Below are positions 26,766 through 40,984 of a DNA stretch of 64,000 nt, one piece after another. Under the pieces are notes generated by a model that did no database searches, was not told the origin of the DNA, and saw only the letters and a program-made list of their open reading frames with translations. The stretch lies in contig MCFH01000001.1 of assembly GCA_002104945.1 (NCBI GenBank), positions 310,001-374,000 of the forward strand, in the 5' to 3' direction. Position 1 is the stretch's first letter. Each line of letters starts with the position of its first letter. The position numbers were made by a program, and so were the translations under genes. The DNA is from Piromyces finnis finn (Eukaryota; Fungi; Neocallimastigomycota).

Positions 26766-29310
26766 ATGAATGAGAATTATATACCATATAATGCAAAGTT
26801 AAGTCAGGAGGAAACGAAAGAGTTATTTTTAAATAATGATAGTAAACCATATAATATAATAAGCTTAAATGATTATAATTCAATTCTAAAATCATTCAAT
26901 GAAAAAAATGATAAAGAAGAATACCTAAGAAAGAGAGCTCAAGAAGTATTAAATAAAATTTATGATATAATTTTGTTATTGGCAAAGAATTAATTAATGA
27001 AATACATAAATGATTTTTTATAGAGAGAAGATTTAAGATTAAAAGGAAAGAAATTGACAGAAAAAATTAAAAGTAAATCTAATGGTCTTTTATCAATTCA
27101 TGAACAGATGAAGGAAAGAAAATTGAAGAAAGAAGTATATGTTTATCAATATAATTAAAATTATTTTAATTTCTGTATTTAAAAAACTTTTAAATAACAT
27201 AAAAATAAAAATAAAAAATTATATAATACAATTATAAATGAATTAAAAGAGAGAAAGACAAAGAATTGATATGGAGTGGAAAAAACTTTTAGAAGCTGAA
27301 AACGAAGAAAAATTAAGAAAAATAAAGGAAAAGAGGTTTAATACAAGAAGAGATGTTATTGAATTTAATAAAAAGATACAAGAATCCAATATATTATATG
27401 TATGTGATGGCATGCTATTAGTAGTGAATTCAATTATAATTATATTATTAGTAATATATATATATATATATAAAGATGAATAATAAATAATATTTATTAA
27501 TTCTGTATTTAGGAAAGAAAACTTCAAATTGAACTTAAAAGAAGAAAGCAAGACATTATAAATCGAATGGATAAAGAAATTGAACGAAAACAAATGCAAG
27601 ATATAAATAATAATATTTTTTTGAAAAAAATGGAAGAAAATATTAAAAAATTAAAAAGTATTGATGCGGGAAAGCAATTAAAGGAACAAATTATTAAAAA
27701 TAAAGAATTAAAAAGACAGATGAAAAAGGCAATTTAAATTTATATTAAACATCAATGTTATTATTAATATGTGATTACCTAGTATATAATATTATTGATT
27801 AGTATAAATTATTAAATAGATATTGAATATACAATAAATACTAGATATATTTAAATAAATAAGTTTCTTATTAATATTTAAAAGACTTTTTATTTTTCAA
27901 TTTAATTATTAATAAATAAATTTATATATATTTTTATAAAAATTAGAAGGAAGATGAGGAAATATTAAATAGTAAAGGACTAGTATTTAGTCAAGAGAAT
28001 ATTGAAGAAAAAAATGAAAGTGTTAGAAAATTATATGAAGATATTGATAAACAAGTACAAGAGAAACAAGTAAATAAAAAATAATGATAAAAAAAAAACG
28101 ATTATTATATATTAAACATTATATTAATATATATACTTTTTTTTTTTTTTTTTTCAAGTTATTAAAAAAACAATATTTAGAAAAAGAAAAACAATATGAT
28201 AAAGAAGTATTAGATTTTAATAATAATAAATCATATATTCAAGAAAGAATAAAGGATATTAAAAGAAATGAAATAAAGTAATATATTTATTTTTTTAAAT
28301 AATAGTTGATAAGCATTATTTAAATAAATATTAATTTTATGAAAATAACTTTTTCCTTTAAAGTAACATTTAAAGAAAAAATTTAACTAATGTAAACAAA
28401 ATATAATAACTTATTATAATGATAATATATAATTTTTTTTTTAATTTAGTATTAGAGTTAAGAATTCACAGTTGGTAGGAAAATGTTTAAAATCAGAAAG
28501 AGAAGAATTAATAAAAAAATTTTGTGAAATAAATACTAAAAAAGAACCATTATTTACAGATAAACATGATATTGAATTAAGAAATAAATTTATGAGAAAT
28601 TGTATTGAGGTTAATGATTATCACGCTAAACAGGTAATACTTTTATTAACATCATATGAATATTGATTGTTTCTTTTTTTTTTTTTTACAATTTTTTTTT
28701 TTTTTTTTTTTTTTTTTTGAATATATATTTTCAATTTTTTTGTTAAAAAAAAAAAAAGATAGAGGAAACAAAAAGACTTCGTGAAAAAGAAAAAGAGGAA
28801 AACACTCAATTTTATAAAGAAAAATTCTTAAGAGAATATAAGCAATTAAAGGAAGAAGAAGAAAAGAATATAGAAAAAGAAAAGTTAGCAAATTTAGAAC
28901 AAACAAGAATTAATAGACAATTAGCAGAAGTAATAATTATAAATTAAATAAAATAATATTGTATTAATTTGGGAATAATAAATCACAAAAAATGTTTCGT
29001 ATATTATTAAAATGAATATAACTTTTTATAACGTATAAAATAGGAGAAAAAAAAGAGAGATTTAGATATAAAAAATAATGCCTTAGTAAAAAAACTTGAA
29101 GAAGAGAAAAAAATGGAAGATAAAGAATTTAATGATTATGTTCTTGAATGCATTAACGAATTAGAAATGAGAGGAAGGGATACTCGAAACTTGTATCGTA
29201 GTTTAAAAGTAGAAAGCCCGATAATTAAAAAAGAAGATGAAAATAATGATCTTTTACCAGATACATTTAGACGACTAGGAATGAATGTAGTTCATGAAAA
29301 TAATAAATGA
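26766..29310 (+). CDS. Coiled-coil trichohyalin-plectin-homology-type flagellar protein, most like CFAP210/CCDC173; multi-exon
   Basis: Charged coiled-coil exons (EREDLRLKGKKL..., RERQRIDMEWKK..., RRDVIEFNKKIQESNILYERKLQIELK) and C-terminal EFNDYVLECINELEMRGRD...DTFRRLGM resemble, from memory, CFAP210-type microtubule inner proteins. Orthology unverified. Confidence 0.55.
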
Positions 29311-29804
29311 TATATATATCCTATTTATAAAATACCAAAAAAATAATTAAATATATATTATGTCATATTTCATATATAATTATATATAATTATACATGTA
29401 TATATTTTAAATATATATGAAATACATGATTATTATTTTTTATTATTTTTCATTGCATTTTTTTTTGTATATAAACGACTCAAAATTCAAAACTTTTCAT
29501 TTATTTTTAAAATTGATTAAAGAATATGTTAATTAAACATAAATTTTAATTAATTTATTCAATCATTTTCATTTATAAATCATACTTTTTTTTTTTTTTT
29601 TTGATTTAATAAAGTAAAATTGTGGTTATTATATATTAAATTGAAAACCAAAAATTAATAATTATATATATGTATATAAAACCCATATAGAATAATAATA
29701 ATAATAATAAAAAAATATGTTATTTTAAATATTTCATTTATATATAATACAATTATTTCAACATAACTTATATCCTAAATTAATACATAAATATTTAAAA
29801 ACAA

Positions 29805-31805
29805 ATGCAAAAACCACAATATGAATTAAATGATCCACCTTCAGATGGAATTTCAACTGTAAAATTTAGTTTCTCAAATCCATCCTTGTTATTAGTATCC
29901 AGTTGGGATAAAGTATAATTTCAAAATTTATTATCATATATCTAATATCTATTTTTTTATCTATAATATCATTTGTTCATTTTTCTCTCTATAAATTATA
30001 TCAAGAAAAGTATATCCTTTTTTTTTTCCTTCATCTTCTTCTTCATTTAATTCAATTAATATTAAATCTTATACATATATTTTTTAGAAGTTAAAAAATT
30101 AAAGTAGAATTGAATAATATTTAACCTTATATAAATGCAATATATATATTTTATATTAATAATAAAATAATTTATATTTATATAAAAAATTTATTTTAAA
30201 ATTGGATGAATTTAGACTGTAAGGTTATATGATGTTACCAGAAATCAAATGAAATTCAAATATACACATGATGCATCAGTACTTGATTGCTGTTTTTATA
30301 ATGATAATCAATGTTTTAGTGGTGGACTTGATAGAGCTATTAAAACGTAAATACTTTTAAAAACACTATTTCAATAAAATAGTGGTAAAATTCATATTTA
30401 GTAATTTTTTTTTTTTTTTTCTAAATTAAAATAAAGTGTAGATTTAAATACTGGAAAAGAATCAATATTAGGATATCACGATGATGCAGTAAAAAGTCTT
30501 GAAAGAGTTAGGGATATTGGTAAATATTATTAATATATATATATTTTGACAAATGTCAAAATTATTAATATGAAATTTAAAATTTATACATTTTTATTTA
30601 TTATTTTTTTTTATACAAAAATCAAACAAAATGAATAAATATATAAAAATGATAAAAATTTAATTTAATAAATTAATAATTGATAATGATAACAATAATA
30701 ATAATAATAAAAAAAAAAAGATGTTGTTGTTAGTGGTTCTTGGGATAAAACTGTTGGATTATGGGATCAAAGATCGAGTAAGCCTTGCATTGGAAAATTC
30801 CAACAACCAGAGAAAATATATACACTCGATATTGTAAATAATATTTTAGTAATTGGTATGGCCGCAAGACAAATATATATATATGATATAAGAAATTTAA
30901 AAGAAACAATGCAAAAAAGGGAAAGTTCATTAAAATTTATGACTCGTGTAATTAAATGCATGCCAAATGGGGAAGGTGACTATTATTAATTTAAAATGCA
31001 AATAAGGAATTTAAATATATTTTAATAATTTATAATATTAAAATATTAACCTATATTATAATATATATTTGAATGCTCTTTTTTTTTTTTTTTAATACAT
31101 TTTAATATTCTTAAAATTAAATTAATTCCAATGTAGGATATGCAAGCAGTTCAATAGAAGGTCGTGTAGCCGTAGAATTCTTTAACTCATCAGAAGAATC
31201 ACAGAAACGTAAATACGCTTTCAAATGCCATCGAGAAATTATTGATGGTGTGTCTCATGTATACCCAGTTAATGCTTTATCATTCCATCCAAAGTAAGTT
31301 TATAAATATATTCTATATTATAAATTTTTTATTTTTATTTTTTTTTATTTAATGACGTTTATAATCATACCACAAATGATATTATGAATATTAAAAAAAA
31401 AAAAAAAACTTTTTTTTTTATAATAAAAGATTTGGAACATTTGCATCTGGAGGTGGTGATGGCAATGTTTATATATGGGATGGATTTAATAAAAAACGTT
31501 TAAGAAAATTCACTAAATATCCAACAACAATATCATCATTATCCTTTAATACTGAAGGTAATCTTTTAGCTGTTGCATCAAGTTATACCTTTGAAGAAGG
31601 AGAAAAAGAGTAAGTTTGAAATAACCATAATCTTTTAAATTTTATTTTAATGAATTCATAGTATACATCATGTCTTTAAATTATAATTATTTTTTCTAAT
31701 ATATATATTTAAAAAAATATTTTCAATTATAGCCATCCACCAGATACTATTTATATTCGTTCTATTTCTGACAGTGAAGTCAAACCAAAAACTAAATCAA
31801 AGTAA
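29805..31805 (+). CDS. BUB3: Spindle checkpoint WD40 protein Bub3, multi-exon
   Basis: [99 protein letters not shown]. Confidence 0.93.
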
Positions 31806-32236
31806 TTTTTTTTTTTTTTTTTTCAATTTTAATTTATTAATCATTAATGTAATATGTAATCCTTTTCAATTTATCCATTGTACTTTAAATAAAACAAAAC
31901 ATAAACTATATACAAAATATACAAAAATATTTTTTTTTTTTTTAATTCTTTTTTTTTTATTAATTGCAGCTTGATATATTTTAATAATATATCTATAATT
32001 TGAATTTAGTTTCATACTTAGATAAGAGTTTATCATGTAAATGTGAACATTAATGACCTTGTATTTCAATCGTCATTAGTGTACATTGTAACTATCTCTT
32101 TTAATTTCTTATTTTTGAAAATGTTTTACTAAAATAATTAAAATTTACTAGTTTAATTATCATTAAATTATATTTGTTAATGGAAAAGAGTGTTTTCCCT
32201 TTTTTTTTTATTCAATGATTAATTACTTTAATTTTT

Positions 32237-33490
32237 TTACTTTCTTTCTTCGACCTATTTAATATATATGGGTTAATTAATGTATTAATTATTTATTATA
32301 AAGTTATCTTTTTATTTTATTTTATTTTATTTAATATACCATAATGATGTGGTAACCAAATTGAGTCTTAACTGGTGGGTTAGTATACTATTATTAATAA
32401 AGTAAATTTAATAAGTATATAAAAAAATTAATGGTGTTGCCTTTTTTTCTGCTATAAAATAATATTATAAAATACTTACAATTGGTTTATCGCAGGTACT
32501 TGTTTGGAGCTTGAAAGCTTTTATTTAAATTTAAAATAATTAATATATATATATATTTATTATATAGCATAATGTATATTTACCAGCTTCTTGGAAAGGA
32601 CCGACCTATTTTTAAATATTATATTTAAAATTGGTTAAAAATATTAATATACTAAATTTCAAATATTAAGAAATAATTTATTTATTTAATTATTTTTATA
32701 TATTCTTACCATTTGACCTCTTGATTGCCAACCTAAAGAACCTCCATGCTTAGCCTTATCTTCACTATATTGTTCAGCAACCTACATCACATATACAAAT
32801 GCATTATTAGAAATAATTTTATATAGTTATATATTTTCATGTTAAATAGATTTATTAAAATATAGTAATATTTTTACCTTATCGAATCTTTCACCAGCTT
32901 GAAGTTTGCCCATAGCTTCCATAACCTTTTTTTTTTTTTTTTTTTTTTAAAAATACAAAGTAAATGGTCGATTTATTATCCATATCTTTTTATCATTATG
33001 ATAATAAAATATTACTAGAATTAAAAATGTATTTACAAATTATATATAATTACCTTGCTGTACTTTTCACAAAGCTTTTATTATGTAATCATTATTATAA
33101 TATAATAAAGAAGAAGAAGAAGAAAAAAAAAAAAAAAAAAAAAATTAATTCATCGATGAAATTAAAAAATTGAAATTTTATTACATTTTCACTTTTTATG
33201 TTCATTTCTACTTCTTCATTATATATTAATAAAAATAGTAGTATCTTACAATGTGTCTAACTCTAATAGCATTAGCTGGCTTTAATTTTCCATCTTTCTT
33301 TCCACCCTTTTCTATTATTTATAAATTCAATAAATTTCAAATCATTTTAATTATAAAATTCAATTTTTGTAATAATTATAAGTCTACATATATTTAAAAA
33401 AAAAAAAGTAATTAAAATAATATTACCTCCAGCATCTTTTGGAGCTTTTCCACCTTTTCCAGCAGCCTTAGTAGGTTTTGCTTTAGCCAT
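32237..33490 (-). CDS. PIN4: Parvulin-type peptidyl-prolyl isomerase Pin4/Par14 (9 exons, ~130 aa)
   Basis: Spliced [130 protein letters not shown]. Not present in the ORF track. Confidence 0.94.
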
Positions 33491-33982
33491 TTTATTTTAT
33501 TATATTTCTAGATATTAATCTTAAAATTAATAAATTATTAGTATTAAAAAAAAAAAAAACTTGTATATCTTTTATAATTTATGAAAATGTAAATCATACA
33601 TAAAATAGAAATCAATAATCTATGTAAATCACTTGATATACACCATATTATCATAGTTATAGTTTATTTTTTTCAAAAGAACATTCTTAAAAAATTATGT
33701 TTGATTTTTTTTTTTTTAAAAAAAAGAGGTCAAAATTTCCATTTACTAAATTATATGTAAACCTCAACCTATAAATTATATATTTTTGGTCTAAAAATAA
33801 ATAAATGTATATGTACAAATACAGTCTTTAAGTTAATACATGTATTAAAAAACTATATATAGAATTATTGGATAAAAAATTAAATAAAAAATATTTAAAT
33901 GTAAAACAAATTTTATTAATATCATTATATTTCTTTCTTTTTTAAAAGTGTGATTGATAATCCTTTTTAGATATATATAAAA

Positions 33983-34273
33983 ATGAATGTGTTAGGTAAA
34001 AGATCATATAAGGAAGATGATTCTTTTGAAAAAAAAGGTTATAAAAAATCCAAAAAAGAATTAATTAACATAAATTCAAGAATAAATTTGACAAGTGGTA
34101 ATATATAACTATTGTTATTTTTTTAAACGAAATTTCTATATCATTTTTATTATTATTTTATTTTTTGATAATTTATTTACTTTATCTTTGAAAATTATGT
34201 ACAAGTAGTATGGGATGAATAAGTATATTAATATTTGTAATAAATTTAAAATAAATTAATAAAATTGAAATTT

Positions 34274-34305
<32 letters not shown>

Positions 34306-34381
34306 AACCTCATTAACACCATTAAAATATAAAAAGAATACTTTATTTAAAACAATAACAATAGTAATAATGATGATGGTG

Positions 34382-34415
<34 letters not shown>

Positions 34416-36996
34416 AGGAAGATTTAATTAGATTTCATTTTTAATTTTAAAAATTTGAAATTTTGAAAATAAAAATTTTTGAATTAGTTTTAATAAATTT
34501 ATTTCATATATTTTATGTTATATTAGTTATAAATCTTAAAGAATCATATAATGAAAATACTGTTACATTGTCTTCTTTACTTTCACAAGTAACCATTATT
34601 ATATTTAAAAGAATAAATAAATAAAATTCGTTATCATTTTGTAATAATGAAAATATTTAATTTTGAAATTCCTTTTTTTTTTTTGTATTACTCACATTGA
34701 ATAGAAAAAAAGTACAAATATAATTCAGTTTAATTTTTTATTAGACTTGGACTGGTTTATGTCTCAAGTACCTTTACATAGTAGGAATGACGCAAAAATA
34801 TTATTTATTCATGGTATGAGGGATATGACCATTCCCGAATCTGTAATAATATATTTCTATCTTTTTTTTTTTTTTTAACTTTTAATAATAATTGTTATTA
34901 ATGCTTATCAATACATTTTTAGAGTAAACTATATCCAAATACACGCTTTCTAACACCATATGTACGTCATATATAAAATTTAAATATACCATTTTTTATA
35001 TATATATTCCATTTTAACATTATATATATATATATTTCGTTTATGTTACTATAGATTCCTTTACCTTATGGTAAAAATATTTTTTAAAAATTAATTTTTT
35101 TTATAAATAATGACTATAAATGTAGCTATTTTTTATAAATAGTTTAATAATGAATAATTTCATTTAAATTATGATGAATAGGTAGTCATCATACCAAAGC
35201 TATGATATTATTTTATGATGATGATACAATGCAGGTTAGTTATAGTATTAAATATTAATTAAATCATTATCTAGTATGATGATTTATTTTATTCATATTA
35301 AAACCATAGGTAATTATTCATACAGCCAATCTTATTTCAAATGATTGGGAATACAAGACTCAAGCAGTATGGACTAGTCCTTTTTTAAAAAAGAAAACGG
35401 AAGATTATATCAAGAGTGGTAAAGAATGTGAATTTGAAAAGAAACTTTGTGAATACATAAAATTTTACAACATACCTGTTTTAAATAAACTAGCTGAAAG
35501 AGTTTCAATGTTTAATTTTGAAGATTGCAATGTAAGAATAATAATTATCGAAAAAAAATTAAATAATAAGTAATTTTTATGATTAATATTTATATACAAA
35601 CAAATTTTGTTATTATTATTATTATTATTATTATCTATATTTATATTTTTATTAGGCTATATTAATAGCTTCTGTTCCGGGAATTCATAAAGGAGCAGAA
35701 ATGGACAAATGGGGACATCTTTTGTAAGAGAGATATTTTAATATAACTATATTTATTATTTAATAAAATATTAAAAAAAATATTATGTATAATTTATATT
35801 ATAATTATTATAGATTAAAACAAGTCTTAAGTAAGAAATTTAAAATCGATAAGAGTGAAAATAAAGAGAAAAAGGAATCATATATTATTTCACAGGTAGA
35901 TGATTAGTTATAAAGAAATATTATTAAAATATTTTTTATTTATATATGCTTTTATTAATAATCAATATAAATATAAATAGATGTCAAGTATTGGTTCCCT
36001 TGGTAAAGATGATCGTTGGTTAGATAAAGAATTTTGTCAAAGCTTAAGATATATGATATCTGATGTGGATAACACAACGAAACTTAAGTTGGTTTATCCA
36101 ACTGTTGATAATGTTCGAAACAGGTTAATATTATTTTTACATAATAATAATAATAATAACAATAAATAAATAATTAATTAATAGTTAATATTATTTTTTT
36201 TAATTAATTATAATAATATATATATATATATTATTCATCTTTATTAATTCTATCATAGTTCAGAAGGATGGGATGGAGGAAATTGTTTACCATTTTCTAA
36301 TAGTAATTGGGAAAAACAATCGAGTTATATGGGTAAAATATTACATAAATGGAAAGCGGATAATTCTGGTAGAAGTAGATCCATGCCTCATATCAAAGTA
36401 ATAATTTAAACCTTTCTTTTCTTTTTAAACAATTTTAATAATTAATTGAAACTATATTATATTATTATTTATTAAAATAATATATTTATCATTAATAATT
36501 TATAATTATATATTTAATATTTTTCAATAGACCTACACAAGAATAGATGATGATGAAGTATCATGGTTTTTATTAACAAGTTCTAATTTATCTAAAGCTG
36601 CGTGGGGTACCTTACAAAAACAAGGTAAACAACTTATGATTCGTAATTATGAACTTGGTGTATTGATACTACCCGAAATATTTGATGTAAATAATTAAAT
36701 ATGTTTAAAAATCATTTATAATTATTATTAAATAATATATATTAATGTATTTTTAATAATATTAATAGAAGGGGGAAAGTCAACAAGTTAAACTTGTTAA
36801 TTATTATGGAAAAGATAAAAATAAGGCATCACCAGGTGTAAAAAATATTGAAATTCCAATACCATTTGATTTTCCTTTGTCACCATATCATGATAAAAAT
36901 GAAACCATAAATACAGATTCTAATACTTCAACTCCATGGACATGGGATATACCAAGAAATGAAATGGATCTTTTTGGAAATAAATATTCTCCATAA
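33983..36996 (+). CDS. TDP1: Tyrosyl-DNA phosphodiesterase 1, multi-exon
   Basis: [11 protein letters not shown], both catalytic HxK motifs ([10 protein letters not shown]...HTANL; MPHIKTY...[12 protein letters not shown]), [41 protein letters not shown]. Confidence 0.93.
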
Positions 36997-37013
36997 ATTA
37001 AATGTATAAAATC

Positions 37014-37050
<37 letters not shown>

Positions 37051-37538
37051 ATATTAATAAATAAACACTTTATATTATTATGTATCATTTTTAATTTTTA
37101 ATAATGTTTTTAATGTTTTTCTAAAGTAAAATTTATAATAATATAAATGTGTAAATATGTATTTAAATAAATAGTATTTACAAGTAACTATATATATATA
37201 TATGTATATATTCAAAAAAAGTATAATTTTTTATTTTTATTTTTATTTTTTTTTTTTTTTTTATTATTAATTATATTTTTTATATTTACAAAAAGTTAAA
37301 ATTTATAATGATTTTCAATAGAATTAAATAATTGTAATATTATTCCATTATGATGTTGATTAATAGATATTGATTAATAGTAAAAGGTATTATATTTATC
37401 AAAAATAAAGAAAAATTGATAAAGTATGCAATAAATATTATTTCTTTTTAAATTAATTTGAGTAAATTTATTTTTGATGCTTTGGGAATTCTTTTCTATA
37501 TGTAAAAATATTAAAAAAATGATATATCAATTATCCAA

Positions 37539-37793
37539 TTAAACTCGTGAACTTCCCTATATTTATTATATATTTAAAAATCAATATTAATTAGTATATA
37601 TACATATTAAAGATATAAACTAATAATAATTATACAAACCCAATTTATATAATCTGGACTTTCACAAGCTTCATATTCATCAATAAGCTCTTGAACAATT
37701 TCCCTATATGATAAAAAAAAATAAAAATAATTAGAAAATATATTTATTTATATATTATTATAATTATTATTATTATCATTATTATTATTATTT

Positions 37794-37836
<43 letters not shown>

Positions 37837-39658
37837 AAATATATAATCACTTTGAAGAATCAAATTCATCGAGACCATCAGAAAATATTCTTGTTTTCTT
37901 ATATTGATCTAAGAAAGCACCACGTTTTCTAAGTTTATCATATTGATCGATTGTACGTTTAAATAACTAATATATAGTAATAAATAATATTTAAAATTTT
38001 TGTTGTTGATATAACGTTTTATTAACATTATTATTATTATTATTATTAATACATATTATAAAAATAAAATTATTTAAATTGAGTCTATCTTTTTATTTGA
38101 AAATGAATATATATATATATATATATACTTACTGATGCAATACTAGTATGATTTGCTAACATTAAACCAGATACTCTATGATGTGTTTCAATGTATGGAC
38201 TTTTACGTGAAATAGCAACTTGTATACTTGCTGGACCCCATGGAATAAATTGGGCAAGACGACGTTCTCTTATTCTTAATAAACTTTTGTGAACCTTTAT
38301 GAAATATATATATTAAATTTGATTTTTATCAGAATAATTTATTTTACATGTTATAAATTCCATAAATTTTTATTATTAATTTATAATTTCAGAATATATG
38401 TATAAACCTCTGTTGGATCGGCTTCTCCTTGAATGATATTCATAATTGATATATAACAGTTTTTCTTAGTTGATACTGTAGATACCATTCTGTTTTTAGG
38501 TTGAAGAAGACGTCTCATAACATCTAATACTGTTGTCTTTCGTACACTTTTTGTCTATGGAAATAATAATAATAATAAAAAAAAGAGCATTCGAAATTAT
38601 TTATTTATTATTATCATTACAAATTATTTCATATATCATTAAAACTTTATATAGTTGGAATTATTACTTGATCAGCTGGATCGGTGAATGGTGTATATGA
38701 AGTCATTAAATAGTGACATCTTGGAGTTGGAATCAATGATGACATTAAACCAACAAGATCATTATTCATGTAACCTGGATATCTTAAAGTAGTAGTACTG
38801 GCACTCATGACAGTAGAAACCTAATATAATAAATAAGAATTTAGATATAAATTAGTATCATGTTTAAATATTTTAATAATTATTAAAAACTAATTTTTGA
38901 TCTATACCAATTGGTTTGCTTGTGCAAATGTTGGGTTTTTGAAATGTAATTTATCAGCAGCAATTCTATTTAATGCAATATTATCAAGTACAACCTAATA
39001 AAAAAAAAAAAGGGTTTTTTTTATTAAATATATATCTCTTTATATATTGTAATTTATTATTTTATTATTAGTGGTATCAAAATTACAACACAATCAGCAT
39101 TAGTGGTTAATCTCTTTAAACTAAGTAAGGAATTATATGGTTGAACAATTACAGCTTCTTCATTATTAGGAAATACAGAATAAGTTTGAATTAATTTTTT
39201 TGGGTATCTATCATTTAAATTTTCCAGTAAATAGGATCCCAATCCAGAACCTGTACCTCCTGCTATAGAATGTAAAAGCATAAAACCCTTTATAATTTTT
39301 AAAAATATAGTATAAATTATAAATTTCACGTTATTAATTATTTTGCTTTTTCGAAACAACCCAATCTATTGTCAAAACTTACTTCAAGACTATCACTTCC
39401 ATCAGCTTCTCTATCTATCATTTCAATTATATCTTCATGAAGTTGTTCACCTTGTTCATAACCTACAGCCCATATATTACCAGCACCACCGCCATCAGGT
39501 GATAAATATATATTTTCTGGATTGTATAATCTATCATAATCTGATTGTAATATATTATTAATTACCTGGAGGTAAATAAATATGGTTAATAGATATAATA
39601 AGAAATTATTACATTATATACTAATATTAAATAGCAGAATTAAATTATTATTGTTATT

Positions 39659-39698
<40 letters not shown>

Positions 39699-40671
39699 AG
39701 GGGGTAATTACTCTTGGCTCAAGATCTAACAATATAGCTCTTGGAACATATTTTTCATCATCAGCCTAATTTTCAAAATTTAATTAAAATTGATATTTAT
39801 TATATTATTAACAATTAATAAATAAAAATAAAAGAAAAAAAAAATAATAATATCTATTATTAGGATTTTCATTTTTTAAATTATATATAAATATATACAT
39901 ACCTGATAGAAAAACACATCTTTACGATCATTTCCATCATTATCGCCAACTTTTAAAATACCATCTTTACTTATACCATGTTCTTTACATAATTGGGCCC
40001 AAAATTCCATACCAACTATAATTTAATAATTTATTTATATTTACAAATAATATGAATTTAATATAAATGAATGCATTATATATTTAAAATCCAATAAATA
40101 TATAAAGAAAATATTTATGTAATTTTAAATATTAAGACAAATGAAATTATATATATCAGCAATTTTATCATTTGAAAAGTATCATTTAATTCCAAAAAAT
40201 ATTTATAGTAAATGATTTAAATTATTATTATCTTTTTTTTTTTTTTTTTTTTTTTTGATTATCAATAATTTAAACCCATTTTAGATTTATTTATTTTTAA
40301 CAAGATGGTAATTGTTTTTTTATTTTAAAGAATATATATATTTTGAGAATGAAAAAGTCAAACATTGCTTTTCAAATGGTTATTAATTTAGAATAGTACA
40401 TAAATTAGTTATAATATAAATAAACCGTAAAACCGCATTTATTACTAGATTATATTTATTATATATTCATCAATATACTTTTATAGTGTGCACTAATTGA
40501 TGAATCATTATAATGAACCATGAATTGCTTTTATATGATTTTGGTTACATTCAATAATGAAATCTTTCTATGTTTAATAGGAATATAAAAAATTGTTATA
40601 ATACTATCATAAAGAAATTTACTTTGGTTTCCACATTGCCCTGCTTGTAAAGTAATTATTTCTCGAGGCAT
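37539..40671 (-). CDS. TUBG1: Gamma-tubulin, multi-exon
   Basis: [126 protein letters not shown]. Confidence 0.97.
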
Positions 40672-40984
40672 TAAAATTTACTTTATAAATAATTTGATAG
40701 AAAGAATTGAAAATGTGAATTAAAAATAATTAATTATACAAATGAGTAGCAACTAATAATAAATTCTAAAATTAAAAATTATTATTAAAATTATATAATT
40801 ATTTTAATTTGAAATTTAATTTATGTATACAATAAATTTTATACATTACAATTTTTTAATAAATTAAATTTTTATTTCAAAATAATAGTTGTAAGAGGTT
40901 TTATTTTTATTTTTTTTATATACTTATATACATTTATAATCTCTTTGAAGTTTCATAATTTAACATCAAAATTTAATTAAAAAT

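Noticed and set aside
26766-40671. Apparent functional cluster of spindle/centrosome genes (CFAP210-like, BUB3, gamma-tubulin)
   Set aside because: Interleaved with unrelated genes (PIN4, TDP1) and no shared motif found; compatible with chance.
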